A DNA stretch of 62,465 nucleotides, the filler included, from Collodictyon triciliatum (lineage: Eukaryota), in assembly GCA_043381765.1 (NCBI GenBank). It is 5 parts of 5 records of this genome, joined end to end, with 100 filler letters (N's around TTAATTAATTAA, not from the genome) between each part and the next. Parts side by side here need not be neighbours in the genome. Positions count along the whole stretch, not along the records: positions 1 to 13,024 come from JBHJMP010002062.1; positions 13,125 to 26,156 come from JBHJMP010002063.1; 3 more parts are not named here. One strand, 5' to 3'. The position numbers were made by a program, and so were the translations under genes. The notes under the pieces were generated by a model. The model saw only the letters and a list, made by a program, of their open reading frames with translations, searched no databases and was not told the DNA's origin. The stretch's first letter is position 1. Each line of letters starts with the position of its first letter. Below are positions 1 to 13,241 of this stretch, piece after piece.

Positions 1-1554
1 ATTCTCTCTTTTTTTTTTTCTCTCTTTTTTTTTTTCTCTCTTTTTTTTTTTCTCTTTTTTTTTATTCTCTCTTTTTTTTATTCTCTTTTTATTTTGTTCT
101 TGTGATCTGCTCTTTTGCTTCTTGTTCAGACATAAGAACAGCCATTTTGAAGGGATGCGGAGGAATAGAACAAAAGAGAAGGGCGAAGAAGGTCAACTCG
201 GCGTCACAACAACCCGAGGCTGGAGATAAGCCTGCGGACAGTAGGGCTGTGCTTGAAGATAACGTGCTTCAGTTCGTTGCTCTCGCATCTGAGCCGCTTT
301 TCTTTTGGCTGTCTTTAAAGTGTCTCGCCTTTTGACGCCACGCTTGATTCATTTGTCCTGACTTTGATTAAATGGTTTGTTGTGCGGAAAGGCGAGAATA
401 GGTTGACAGAAAAACGCGTTTAAGTAATGCATTTTGTCCAAGTCTTCTTCCGAATGTGGCGATAGATTAAATTGCATATTTGGGTGTAATTCCAAAAATG
501 TCAGATTTGATGTATATGTCCCAAACAGATGGGGAATGGAATGGCATATCCATCAAAATAACCCGTTACTAGTAGCAATCTATATAATATCATTGTAGAA
601 ATATATTATATAATTATATTATAATATATAACATACTTTTGGTAATGTATTAAATACAATAAAAAATATGATAAATTCCATATTTGATACATTATGAATG
701 GTATGAATGCCTTGTCTTTTCAGCGCTCCCAAAAACCGGCGAGGGCACAAGACGCATCCAAAGAGCGACAAGGCGCAGACGGCTTTCAGGGTGGAGATGT
801 TCTGTTGGTTGGTGCGTTGATTCATTTATTTCTTAATATTCTCAACATCATCTAGTGATATGTTTTTGTTTATCACGTGGGCGTGTGGTGGCCTATTAAG
901 ATGTGCTGGTCTAAATTCCTTGGTGCGCCAGTAGTTTGGAGGACAATAGTATGGTAGATATGATAGGGGAATCAAAGCTAGTTGGCATGAAGGTGTTCTT
1001 AACGCAATCAAATATACAACTACTTTCGAGCATTCCATTCGCGTCTGCATGGGTATATATGTAGCGGTGGCGCAAAGGTCAACCAACAAGCGACACACTT
1101 CCCTCTCGATTCGCCCGCTGCCCATGACGAGCATGTTCCGAATACCTGTTTGAAGCTTTCTTGTTATCGCGCATGGATTAATAAATGCCCAAAGGTTCAC
1201 GCACGCTTTTGTGTCTCATTAAGATCATAAGTACCTTCGTAAGATTGGTATACTCCTTCTGGTCTTGTAAATTTCAAGTGTAGTCAAATGAAAAAGAAGA
1301 GCCTTCACAATCAAATTACCAACGTAAAATCATCCAAAGTCATTCCTCGGAGGTAAGTTTCGTGAATGAATGAAAGAAAGAAAGAAAGAATGAATGAATG
1401 AAAGAAAGAAAGAAAAATGAACTACAAGGAAAAAAACAAGCCGCAAAGTTGCAGCCAACTCATTTTCAGAACACCAACCGTACCATCTTTAGGGCGTTTT
1501 TTTTTCTTCAAGCCAAAAGAAAAGAAAAAAAAAGAAAAGAAAAGAAAAGAAAAG

Positions 1555-4147
1555 ATGTCTCTGCGTGGACGGAGTGGATCAGCCCCGAAAGTACTCGGCT
1601 CAAATCGCCCTGGATCACCGCGACTCGGCGGGAAACGTCCGGGGCAGACAGGAGGGGACAAGGCCACCCGCCCGAAGCCTGCTTGGGATGTTTGTCTTCT
1701 TTAACTTCCACTTAATCTGATGATTTGACAAAGCAATATGTCGAATCGGACTGATATTCCAAATAATATCCCGGTGGCTCTTTTGAATACTATGTTGTGC
1801 ATATGTTTGCAATATTTCCTCGGTCTCTTCATGTAAGCATCTTGATTTGATTATGGCCCCATCACTTTGCTGATGCGATAGCCTATATATATTTATTAAT
1901 GTGGTATGGACACGCAGAGCACCAATCACGATCTGACCGTGCATCGTTTAACAGAGGCAGAGATTGTGAGTTGCATCCATCCACATGCAATTTCATATTA
2001 TTTTAATTATCTATTCATTTATCTATTCATTTATCTAGTCATTTATCTAGTCATTTATCTATTCATTTATCTATTCATTTATCTATTTATTAATTATCTA
2101 TTTATTTATTCATTAATTAATTAATCATTATTTTTATTTATTTATTGTTTAGTTGTTTGTAGCCTTGGTATCGATTTAGACCGGAGTTGCATCATGCCAT
2201 GTGCTAATGACTTTTTCCATCCTTTTAAAAGTCGCGATAATGATTTCTTTCTTTTAATTAATGCAGAGAAAGAGGAAGGAAACGTTGGTTTCGAAACATA
2301 TTGATGAAGCAAGAATAGAAATAAGTCGAGTTGGTTCAGGTATGCACTATCCAAATGAAAAATGGAACATGAGTGATTGTTGCTTTTATTGTCATATTTG
2401 TTTTGTTCAAATATTGGACTCATATATGCCATTCAGAGCAAAGCGAAGCTGAGTGCGGTTCGCATAGAGATAAATCGGTATAAATAAGTTAATAGAAATA
2501 GTAAATGCATTACAAAGTGGTATTTGAAATGGTCCAATTATGAGTGATAATATCTTTCCTTCGCCCATCAAATACGAAAAGCCGTCACAATCGGCAGAGG
2601 CATATAACCCTGTACGAAAGACGAAACAGGAGATTTGTGGCGCAATATCTGCGCCAATGACTGTCTATGGAGAGGTTTGATGATTTTGACAAGGCTTTCG
2701 ACACAATCATGTTTTTTTTTATTGGATTATTTTATATGAAATGTCTTATCAATCGCGAAAGTAATTAATACCCACGACATGCACGGGTCGTTTATCTGAC
2801 AAAATTGAATCATAATCCAACTATTGTGGTCCATCTGTGGTTTAGTTCGACATCAACACTTATCAAAAGCAGGTCCAGTTCGATATTCAGAGGGCATATG
2901 AAGGTGAAACTGAATCACAATCCATAGTTTGCCCCTTATTTTTTTAATTGACAGAGAAACGTTATTTATTTTTCATTACTGATTCAAAATATATAAATCA
3001 AGGGACTGAGACAGATACTAATGGAGAAGAATATGTCGTTGACTTTGATCAAGAAATAGCGGGATTTGAGCAATATAAATCCGAATGTTCCTCAGAGGAC
3101 CACAGCAAAGGCTCTAGTAAATCACAGCAGAGCAAACAATACAAAGGTAAAGTTTTCTTACTTCTTTTTATTCGTTATTACTTTGCAAAGAATATATTTA
3201 GAGCTACTCCCATATGGCGTAATACTACATGTCAAGTGAGCTAAAATACTACCTTTTCATTTCACTTTAGTTGCGATTCCTCATAAGGACTTTCGAAAGC
3301 CACAACCGACTAGGCCTGTCAGTTCCGGTGGTGTTGCAAACATAAAGAAAAGTGTTAATCCTGACCGAATTAATCTGGACGACTTTGAAGGGAAAATGAC
3401 TCAGCTGGAAATGCGTATGAGGTCACTCGAAACCGCACCGAAGCAGACTGCCCAACTGCCAGAGGTCTGACCGGATAGAATTGCTTTAAGACAATTATTC
3501 CGTGATAGCTTTTCAAAATGCCTTGATTAATATCTAGTTAGACTCTCATTTTGACCAAAAGAAAAAACTGTATGTTTATACTGCTTTGTGTTACCTTTTT
3601 TTTTTTTTTTTTACTATTATTATGATAAATGATCCATTCCATAAAATTTTGCACAACAGACCAACCAACAATCAACTCTCAGCACCGACAGATTTAATAT
3701 CATCGAGACAACCATTTCAGAGGTTCATAGTTTTTACATTAATATTGGTTGAGAAATCCAGCACTGCTAAGATTGAACTAAATGGTATTTTGTATGAATT
3801 TAATTCAGAACACCAAATATACTCGCATGTCAATACTAACTTGAATCGTGACAACTTTCTTTTAGTTGGATAGAAAGCTGAAGCAAGAATCAGCTCAAAG
3901 GCTGACTTTTAGCAACTCATTGGTTCTGTGCAATCGCAGAATCGACGACCTCACAAAGGAGCTTTCAGTCTCCCGGCAAGAAACAGAGACTCTCCGGCAA
4001 GAGTTGGCCCGTGTTGTTTTGCACTATGAACAGCAGCTCGCATTTATCAAACAAGACACAATCACGACGCAACAGCAGATAACCTCCTATAATCTAGATT
4101 TGGTATACAATATGCAAATCATGTTCATGCGCGCTCAGCTCCAATAA
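1555..4147 (+). CDS. SPICE1: SPICE1-like (spindle and centriole-associated) coiled-coil protein, multi-exon; 3' end approximate
   Basis: GT-AG exons 1555-1689, 1918-1965 and 2267-~2339 join to give ...KPAWD|STNHDLTVHRLTEAEI|RKRKETLVSKH. This resembles the SPICE1 N-terminal motif ([30 protein letters not shown], from memory). Later exons (~3003-3146, 3271-3463, 3660-3722, 3866-) encode coiled coil. Confidence 0.7.
2005..2125. repeat. 12-bp tandem repeat (TATCTATTCATT)n in an intron
   Basis: Directly visible. Confidence 0.85.
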
Positions 4148-4625
4148 AGGACTCTCGGATTATATTCATTTTCCCTCTCTCTTTCTAATTTTCTTATTTG
4201 CGCATTAGGTTATTGATAAATTAAACGCGGTGCACGATGTATCCTCCTTTCTGGAAACACCACAAGTAACTTACATAAGAACTCTTGTACCTGTCCTTTG
4301 CTTCCTCTCTATCAGAACATATCTCACCCTTGCTATTCGAAATATTGCTACACACTGCACCATATAACGTCATTCTTTACATGGTTTGTTCATCCGCGGC
4401 ATGTATTTTTTTAACCGCTTGCGAACCACAACCATTACACAAAAGCAGGGATATTCGGACGAAATGATTTTCTACGAGGCCCGCGAAAAGAAAGACTTTA
4501 TTTCCGATGCGCAGGTCGAAGATAATTTGTGCTTACAGATAACCACTTGGCCGCATAAAACTATCATAAGAATGAATTGGAGATTTTTTTTTCTTCTGTA
4601 ACATTTTCTTATTCCTTTTAAGAAA

Positions 4626-4719
<94 letters not shown>
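4626..4719. repeat. (ATT)n microsatellite
   Basis: Directly visible. Confidence 0.95.
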
Positions 4720-4721
<2 letters not shown>

Positions 4722-5950
4722 GCGCGGTTATTTTCACTGCTGAACGTGCTATTTACATTCAGATATGTAAATCTATAAAGTAAATAAAAAAAAGTATGTG
4801 ATGCCCAGGCAGCCCAGAGAAATCCGAATACAGCCCCGAAGGGACGGGAAAGCGACGCCCAATCACAGCACACTCAAGTTTGCTTACCAAAAGGGTTTCG
4901 ATATCTTTGTTCTCTGTCAAAAAAAAAAAAAAAAGCCACATCCGAATACATGAAACAGAATGAGCAACACTAAATCATCCGACACATTCTGTAGATAGAG
5001 ACTTAATATTTCTACAGAGCACTGAATACTAAAATAATCATGCGTTTAAACTTTTTAATCAAACTCAGCACCCACGAAGCGCGAGTCCAGGGCGAATCGT
5101 GTTCCGCAATCCGCAGGTAGCGTGCCTATTGTCAGTTTGTTTGCCAAGAAACGACACAGGCGAAAACAGCACCAAAACAGTCTTTGTTGCATGCAAACCC
5201 GTGCACAGCGGCAGTCTCTTGCTGAGATTGGCATTGTCGAGTTAAATCCATCTCACATATCTGCCAAACACAAACCTCACTGCAGGCAGGGAATATGCGT
5301 GCCGGACACAACCCCGCCCAGGGCTTCAGCAAGCTGTCGTAGCAAGGCGTCGAGGCTTCCAAGTCTTCTTCTTTCAACTATCCATATTTTCTTGTGCGTG
5401 CTTTGGCATCAAATCCATTATTGATAAACCCCACTGTTGTGTTTCCGATTGTTCTTTTCTTATTACGATGCTGTATGCGATAAAAACAATTTGCAAAAAA
5501 AAAAAAAAAAAGAATGATGGACAAGTCTCTTCGTTTCTTTTCAACCCAACGCACCACTGATGACTGAAATGCGTACGTTAGCGAGACAGCAGATATTGAT
5601 AAGCAATCAGATAAATGGGGACTCTTCACCCAGGACAAGTTATCCAACAAGTCGGAAGCAATTCATTTCCCTTTTTTTTTTCTTTAAAGATGGACGAACG
5701 GTGGTTTTGGTGAATGGAATCCCAATATCGGCCACGGAGAAGGGGCTGCTGGCACAGAGTGAATCGCACCATTTGGCTGCACGAAGAATATATATATATA
5801 AAGAGCAAGAATTCAATGGCTAAATCAAGGCGTAAATACTCGCAGACAAATAACCAAGTCTCATACAGTGGGAAGTGGGCTGAATCCCAGTCCCTGTTAT
5901 ATAGCGCAATTATGTACCGTGGGAAACAGTTGCTCCAGACAAGACAGGAG

Positions 5951-8272
5951 TTAGTTTCGGCGGCGGTCTCGGTCGTGGGCAGGTTGTCTGTCGCGATTTC
6001 TGTCTGGATCATAATCCTGGGGCGGAGATCCGCCGCGGTAGCGTTCGCGGGGATCAAATCGCTCGGGTGAGATTGGACGGCGTCCGGGTGGGGGAGGATA
6101 GCTTCGTGCTGCTGGAGGTGTTCAAGAGTTAGTGATTTTAACACGTTTTTGGGGCTTTCTACCGTTTGGACGGGAATGTATGAGAAGAGAGTAAGAGAAA
6201 GGAGAATCGGAAGAATTATCCTAAACATACGACTGCCTCCAGTCCTTCGCTCACGCCCATTGCCACGGTCTTGGTCGTAGCCTCGGTCGTATCCACGGTC
6301 ATAGTCCCGGTCGTTGGCAGGATATCCACGGTCTCGTCTCTCATCTCGACCACGGTAGTCAAAGTCCCGGTCACGTCTATCATCCCTGTCGCGCCTCTCA
6401 TCTCGGCCTCGGTAGTCTAAATCACGGTCTCGTCTTTCATCTCTGTCATCAAAGTCTCTGTTGCGACGGTCAAAATTCCTGTCCCTATCTCTATCTCTGT
6501 CCCTATCCCTGTCTCTGTCTCTATCCCTGTCTCTATGGTCGTGATAGCGGTCTCGGACGTAGTGGTGGCTTTTGTTTTGTCCAAGATATTCGCCAGGAGT
6601 TGGTGTTCTAGCACGGCCACGCTTGGCCTTTTGGTGGAAAAGTGGATTTTGGGTGGTAATTATTTTCGATGACTTGAATGATGGACGATGATTTGGATGA
6701 TGAGTAAATTGGTTGTGAGGAAAACAAGAATTGTTCTGGAAATAGACAACCTTGGGTTGAACTAAATGTTGATATAAGAATGGGTGTTGAGGTTGGATGT
6801 TGTGGATGGTGTGGATGGTGTGGATGTTGGTTGGATGTTGGTTGGTTTGGGTCTGGTATATTTGTTGGTTATGGGACGTAATTGATCTGGATTATAATCC
6901 CAGATACGTTACATTCCTAGCCAATCAGTTTGCCATTGAATTTCTCCATACTTTTTTAAAAGAAAAACAACATAAGATTGACCGACACATAATGCTGCGG
7001 TTCATGTTGGGAGACGACCAGCGACTAAGTCGAGGACTTCGTTGGTTTTAGAAGGTTGCTCGGCCATTTGATATAGAAAAGCTGATTTTTTCTTTTGATG
7101 TTCATATTGAAATAGCGATTTGGTTTGTAAGAGAATTTTGTAAAAAGATCGCATCGTTTGGTTGATATTTTGATATGATTGTGGTTGAAGAATTCATTTT
7201 GAAATGCCCAACTAGTTAACTTCAGAATATGGAGAAGGAAAAGAAAAATAAATTACTTCATCGATTGTTGATATCGCATGAGCAAAAATATCAGAGTTGT
7301 GGTGTCAATCAGAACTCAATAAAAAAAAAAATCGAATTGTTGCAACGAAAAGGCAGGACATTAAGGATGATAGAATCGTATTGTTGCAAGACAAAAGAAC
7401 AGAGCAACGCCAGGATAACATTATATAAGGGAGAGTAAAAACATCATTCCCCGATAGGAGCGAAGTGTGTAAAGGAAGCTTAGGTTCTAAGAGGTCAATT
7501 TTTGATATCTTGTAGGCATACCTTTTGAACGTTGATTTTTCTTCCGTCTACTTGGGTCTGATCGAACTTTGCTATCGCCTCCGCAGCCGCGTCGTCTGTT
7601 GACATTGTCACAAAGCCAAAGTAGCGCGAAAGGCCAGTCTTCGGGTCGATGATCAGTTTGCAGGACTCCACCTACACACAATGGGGATTCTATTTAGAAC
7701 CAGTGTTACCCACACGATTTGATGAGTTTCCTGGAAAGAAACAGCGGCGAAAATGAAAGGACAGATAAAAGGTTGGCAGAAGAAATATACAAGCCGTAGA
7801 TACCTTGCCACAGGTGGCGAACATTCTTCTCACGTCGTCTTCTGTAGTGCGACCGGACAACTGGGAAACATGGATAGTGCGTCCGTCATTGCTACGAATG
7901 GTGGTTCATGCTTAGACATGACTGGAAAATGAGTCCACCAAGGCGACATTAAGCCTGGAGCATTCCCTTGACTTTTTTTTTTTTTTTTTTTTTGGTATTT
8001 TAAAATATTCACACGTGAAAGTAGCGAGCAAGGCGGGTAATACTTACTGGGGCTCCTCTGCTTCGGACTAGTTTTTTTTTTTTTTTAATTCGGTGGATTC
8101 ACGAGGATGGGGTTGGGATGAGAAAGAAAAAAACAGGGAATATGCGACAGAATGGAATGATCGGGTAAAAAAGTCGTTAGTGGAGTGGAAAGGATAAGAA
8201 GTTATTATTGGGGTGCGCTTGAGGATTTTGCTATGACCAGACAATCTCATTATTTGGAAAAGTTCATACCAT
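5951..8272 (-). CDS. TRA2: Tra2/SR45a-like SR-related splicing factor (single RRM plus RD/RS-rich tail)
   Basis: Exons 8272-8270 (ATG only), 8067-8048, 7891-7804, 7671-7522, 6627-~6231 and ~6112-5951. Translation: MSEAEEPHNDGRTIHVSQLSGRTTEDDVRRMFATCGK|VESCKLIIDPKTGLSRYFGFVTM...GRKINVQK|AKRGRARTPTPGEYLG...RDRDRD...RRRN*. It has RNP2/RNP1 and the Tra2/SR45a linker R-TPTPG-YLG. Confidence 0.85.
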
Positions 8273-9649
8273 GTCGCCTTCCTTGTGCCGCCCTGTGATA
8301 TGGAAATGAGGTCAGTGTGTTTATCGGATGCGCGGCTTTGATCGCTCTCTCAGAGGTTGCTTATTTGTTGGGAGTCTTGAAGAGTTCTTAGTCTGGCTGT
8401 CGGACGATCGTGGAGCCGCGCGGCTTAAGATTTGTGCTATCGATACCACAGAAATATGTTTTAATGTCTGTATTCATTACACGCCCCTCGAGTGTGGGAG
8501 AATGCCGGAACGCCATACCAGATTGCAATGCAGCAACTATGACTACATATTTGGGTATAATTGAAGCTGTGTTAGCTTTTTCATAAACAAATGATTGCTT
8601 AATACAGATATTACGGCCTAAAATTAACATATACCATATATTCCACATTAAATATCAGTTGCGGTACTTATATGTACCTTTTCAAGGAATTTGCATTCTT
8701 GGTCATATTCTAAGGAAAACACCAAGAGCGGCGCCCTTGTGCGCGAGTGAGTTTGGAGGAGAGAAAAAGCTCGATGAAGCCTCGGCGATCAATGCTCCAC
8801 AGCGATAAAGCAGAAGTTCCTTGCGTGGGCGGCAGCTGCGGAAATATCGAATGGGGTCATTCTGGGACGAGAAAAGCGATCACAGTTGCGACTCGGACTG
8901 TGGTTGTCTGCCTCGTCCTTCAGAGCCTTCGGTCGATGGCCTATTTTTGGTTTTTTTTTTGTTTCTTTTTTGTTTTTTTTTGTCTGTTTTTGTTTTGTTA
9001 TTATACGAATATACAACATGAAGTTTGTAACAGAGCTGAAACATGCAATCACACCAGGGTGTAATATTGGAAGTAACACTGACCCATTCATAACTAATCC
9101 GATCGGCCTGGTGTCGTGACTTATTACCAGACAAGAGAGTTGTTGTCTGCCTCTTCAAGGACGCGTACACCAAAGCTACCAAAAGAATAAGAAAAGAAAA
9201 GTAAAGCAAAACCTTTGGTCTGTGAGACTTTGGAAACAGCCCGAAACAAGTTGCATACTTTGCTCGTTATTGAGTAAACGTCTACGGTAAATTTGCCCTA
9301 CTCTGTTAATTTCCTACGGGGTATTCTATCCTCCAGTCAATTGTTCCATTTATGATACCCTTTCAGTTTTCGTATTCTCCATGTAAACGTATGAATCAAC
9401 TATTTTATCATGGTTCCATCTGCAACATCAAATATCCAGCACTGCATCGGATGGATTCTACAAAAAATCGATACATCCGTAAATTCTGATTCTTTTTCTA
9501 CAGACCCAAAAATCCCTTACTTGATAATAGCGCCTGGTAGTTGCCAGGTTAAAGTAATATGACCTATTTCTTTCTTTTGAAACCAACAAAACCAAATCTA
9601 AGCCACAGGAGCAGTAATTTTTGTCATCGTTTTCTGCATCTGCGGGATA

Positions 9650-12600
9650 GAGCGAACCAGGGCGAATACATGTGATTGCAGTGATGGTAGCATTTCTTTT
9701 CATCTTATCTTGCAGTGCTGTATCGTATTGTAATGCGGTGAAGCAGTTGATGTTTTGCTCTCTCTCTCTGTGTTCTCTAATTTTATTTATTTTTACCCTT
9801 TCTTTCAATTGTACAAAATGGGGATGTCTTGGTTTTGTTTTACTTTCTCTGTTAACTAAATAAACATGATAAAAACATCAAGAAACACGATTCCAACATT
9901 TCAAATAATTCTAGGAAAATTTTATTCTAAAGAAACGGGAGCATGCATTTCGTGCCCAATCGGATACTAGTAAGTATATTGTGTATGTGGAATGATGGTT
10001 CCAAATTTCAAGCATTCTTCTCACTTGTGCTAAAAAAATAATGAACCGAGCATTTTTTCATCTTAAAATTTCCTTAGTTGTCCTTCATCATCAGACGACC
10101 CAATTCCTTGCCCAGCCGGGTACTACTCAACTGAGCCACTAATAACATCCCAATCAAATTGCAAAGTACGACGGCTTTAAATCATATCCAATCACGAATT
10201 CGTATTGTATGCCATTTGTACACACCCCTATAGTATGAATAGAGGAACAGTATCCATATGTAGTCATTTGATCTTAACAGTTAATTACATAACTCATCAT
10301 CATCATATTACCACAGCAATGCCCCGAAGGAAGCATATCACCTCTTGGTTCGTCTGGTTGCTTGGTGTGTCCACCAGGGACATATTCGAATGCAAACAAG
10401 ACAAGTTGCGAATCTTGCCCAAGAGGATTCAGTTGTGATGCAGGAGTCTCTACTCCGTGCGCAAGTGGTCAGTGGTCTCTGGATGGATTTGATTCATGCC
10501 AAACTTGCCCGATTGGACACTATTGCCCATCTAGAGACTCTCCCCCTCTAAAATGCTCTCCTATCAATGGTAGCAATCTAGTTTGGTTTCCATAAATATG
10601 CCAATCATTAATACATATTACCCGGGAGGGATTTCGTAAATCCGAGTCTATAGCAAAAAATAAAAAAATACTAATGTAATTCGCTTTCACCAGGAGCCAC
10701 AACTGAAATGGGTTCTATTGAATGTTCCTTCAGTCCTGGGAGAGTTTATTTCGGTGGTGGGTTGAGCTCTGTGTGCTTTCCTGGTTACTATGCAAACGGA
10801 ACTGGTATTGCAATTAAAAAAATCGTGAAATTTTGATTGGTATCCAATCATTGATTACATTTTATGCATTTATCTGTGGGGATTAAAAAAAATGAAGAAA
10901 CGGCCGCGAAATCTAGGCGACCACATTTTTTTATTTATCTGTTAGTAATCATGAGACTAATTGGTCATTGAACAATAAAGTCTGCTCCAAGTGCCCTCGT
11001 GGTTATTCTTGCCCTGATGGTGTAAACCTCCAGCAGTGTTTGAAAGGAGAATTCTCAAATCTCCAAGGGTCAGTCTCTTGCTACCCTTGTCCCAGAGGAT
11101 TTTCATGCTCTTCGACTATGACAGCTCCGTCAATGTGTCCTTTAGGGACATTTTCAGCAGCAAAATCAGGTAAGAATTCTCGCATTCCTTACTACAATTA
11201 ATTATGTAGTTCGCATATGTTACCCTTCCTCAATCGAAGCACGCGATAATACTTATCCAGCTACCATAGTTGAGACCCTAATCAATAATTTTCCCAATTC
11301 AAATAGTTTCCTGTACAGAATGTCCTGAGGGCTCTTATTGCCCTTCACCCACGACGGTTGTGCCTTGCCCCATAGGAAGTTACAGCATACCAGGTCAAAC
11401 ACAGTGCACGAAATGTCCAAATGGGTACTCATGTCCAGACATTGATTTTCCTGTAAGATGTCCGGCCGGCACTTATAGACTTCCTGGAGAAAAATCCTGC
11501 AAAACATGCCCTGCAGGTGATTATAATAGTATCTTATTTTGTTCATTTTCTTCATATAATTTTAATTAGACCATTTTTCCATGCTGGATCCTATCCGAAT
11601 CACGACGCAATTTTTTCATATTCGATTGATCAGATAAATCTTTTAGGTCATTATTGTCCTGAGTCATCCAATTTTCAGATTTCAGCCTGCCCATATGGAA
11701 CTTACTCCACTGGAGGAGCAGTCGCCTGCACACCATGCCCCCCAGGACAATCATGTTCAGACCAAAAATCCACACCAGTTAGCTGCCAGAATGGATATTA
11801 CTCCTTGGCTGGGGAGGTACCACTCACTAATTTGTATTATACCATTTCATATATGAAGATTAGTTTACTGGTTACATTTGACGACTTGTCTATTTTATCT
11901 CTTGTTTTCTTAATCTAGTTACCTTTTCAACATTACTATTACCATTACTTCATAGCAAACATGCAAGCCATGTCCGCCTGGGTATGAATGTTCTGATAAG
12001 GTCTCGCTCGTTCCCTGTTCAGCCGGAAAGTACTCACAGGGGTAATCTCAATTTAATGACCAAACACCTTTATATAACTGGCTACCAAATGGGAACATCA
12101 NNNNNNNNNNNNNNNNNNNNNNNNNNNNNNNNNNNNNNNNNNNNNNNNNNNNNNNNNNNNNNNNNNNNNNNNNNNNNNNNNNNNNNNNNNNNNNNNNNNN
12201 NNNNNNNNNNNNNNNNNNNNNNNNNNNNNNNNNNNNNNNNNNNNNNNNNNNNNNNNNNNNNNNNNNNNNNNNNNNNNNNNNNNNNNNNNNNNNNNNNNNN
12301 NNNNNNNNNNNNNNNNNNNNNNNNNNNNNNNNNNNNNNNNNNNNNNNNNNNNNNNNNNNNNNNNNNNNNNNNNNNNNNNNNNNNNNNNNNNNNNNNNNNN
12401 NNNNNNNNNNNNNNNNNNNNNNNNNNNNNNNNNNNNNNNNNNNNNNNNNNNNNNNNNNNNNNNNNNNNNNNNNNNNNNNNNNNNNNNNNNNNNNNNNNNN
12501 NNNNNNNNNNNNNNNNNNNNNNNNNNNNNNNNNNNNNNNNNNNNNNNNNNNNNNNNCAACAAGTTGTCCTGCAGGGTCATACTCCAAAAGCGGGTCTCTC

Positions 12601-12695
12601 TTTTGCACTCAATGCGAAGCAGGCTTCATGTGTCCATCTCCATCAAGTTCGGAAATGATTCCATGTGCCCCAGGATATTTTTCATTAAAGGGCCA
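9650..12695 (+). CDS. Cysteine-rich GCC2/GCC3 (ephrin-receptor-like) repeat surface protein, multi-exon, partial
   Basis: Many short exons encode C-P-x-G-x-[YF]-[SC] repeats (GACISCPIGYY, CPPGTYSNANKTSCESCPRGFSC, CPYGTYSTGGAVACTPCPPGQSC). The gene is interrupted by the N gap and cut by the contig end; the start was not resolved. Confidence 0.85.
12101..12556. other. Scaffold gap (456 N)
   Basis: N run. Confidence 1.
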
Positions 12696-12834
12696 GGTAA
12701 AAGTGAATGATCATAAACTAATGCTGTTATAATTATAAGTACTTGATTGTTCACCCTGTTTACATACCAAATATCGCCTCATTTTAATAAACAACAAACA
12801 AAAACAGCCAATTAGACATCTAAAAACGAAAGAA

Positions 12835-13024
12835 TCCAAAAGAATCCAAAAGAATGCAAAAGTATGCAAAAGTATGCAAAAGTATGCAAAAGTATGCAAA
12901 AGTATGCAAAAGTATGCAAAAGTATGCAAAAGAATGCAAAAGAATGCAAAAGAATGCAAAAGAATGCAAAAGAATGCAAAAGAATGCAAAAGAATGCAAA
13001 AGAATGCAAAAGAATGCAAAAGAA
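12835..13024. repeat. 10-bp tandem repeat (AAAGTATGCA/AAAGAATGCA)n at a contig end
   Basis: Directly visible; two unit variants in blocks. Confidence 0.95.
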
Positions 13025-13124
13025 NNNNNNNNNNNNNNNNNNNNNNNNNNNNNNNNNNNNNNNNNNNNTTAATTAATTAANNNNNNNNNNNNNNNNNNNN
13101 NNNNNNNNNNNNNNNNNNNNNNNN
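13025..13124. other. Artificial contig-joining spacer
   Basis: 44N-TTAATTAATTAA-44N, giving stops in all six frames. Confidence 0.98.
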
Positions 13125-13228
13125 ACAAGAGACAAGAGACAAGAGACAAGAGACAAGAGACAAGAGACAAGAGACAAGAGACAAGAGACAAGAGACAAGA
13201 GACAAGAGACAAGAGACAAGAGACAAGA
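13125..13228. repeat. (ACAAGAG)n 7-bp repeat at a contig start
   Basis: Directly visible. Confidence 0.95.
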
Positions 13229-13241
13229 GAGAAAAGGAACC

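Noticed and set aside
410-460. Minus-strand SEEDLDKMHYLNAF resembles the cytochrome P450 K-helix region
   Set aside because: No ExxR or heme-Cys motif follows
826-1200. ORF with LVMGSGRIEREVCRLLVDLCATATYI, resembling either a retroviral protease (D-S/T-G) or an E1-like Rossmann loop
   Set aside because: Key residues are absent for both, and there is no supporting RT or E1 context
11984-12658. ORFs running through the N gap and spacers
   Set aside because: Artefacts of translating N
12835-13024. Regular repeat as a CRISPR array or KECKRMQ protein
   Set aside because: No unique spacers; a simple 10-mer satellite in a eukaryote
13069-13080. TTAATTAATTAA as a piggyBac target or biological motif
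   Set aside because: Identical N-embedded linker at all four joins; artificial
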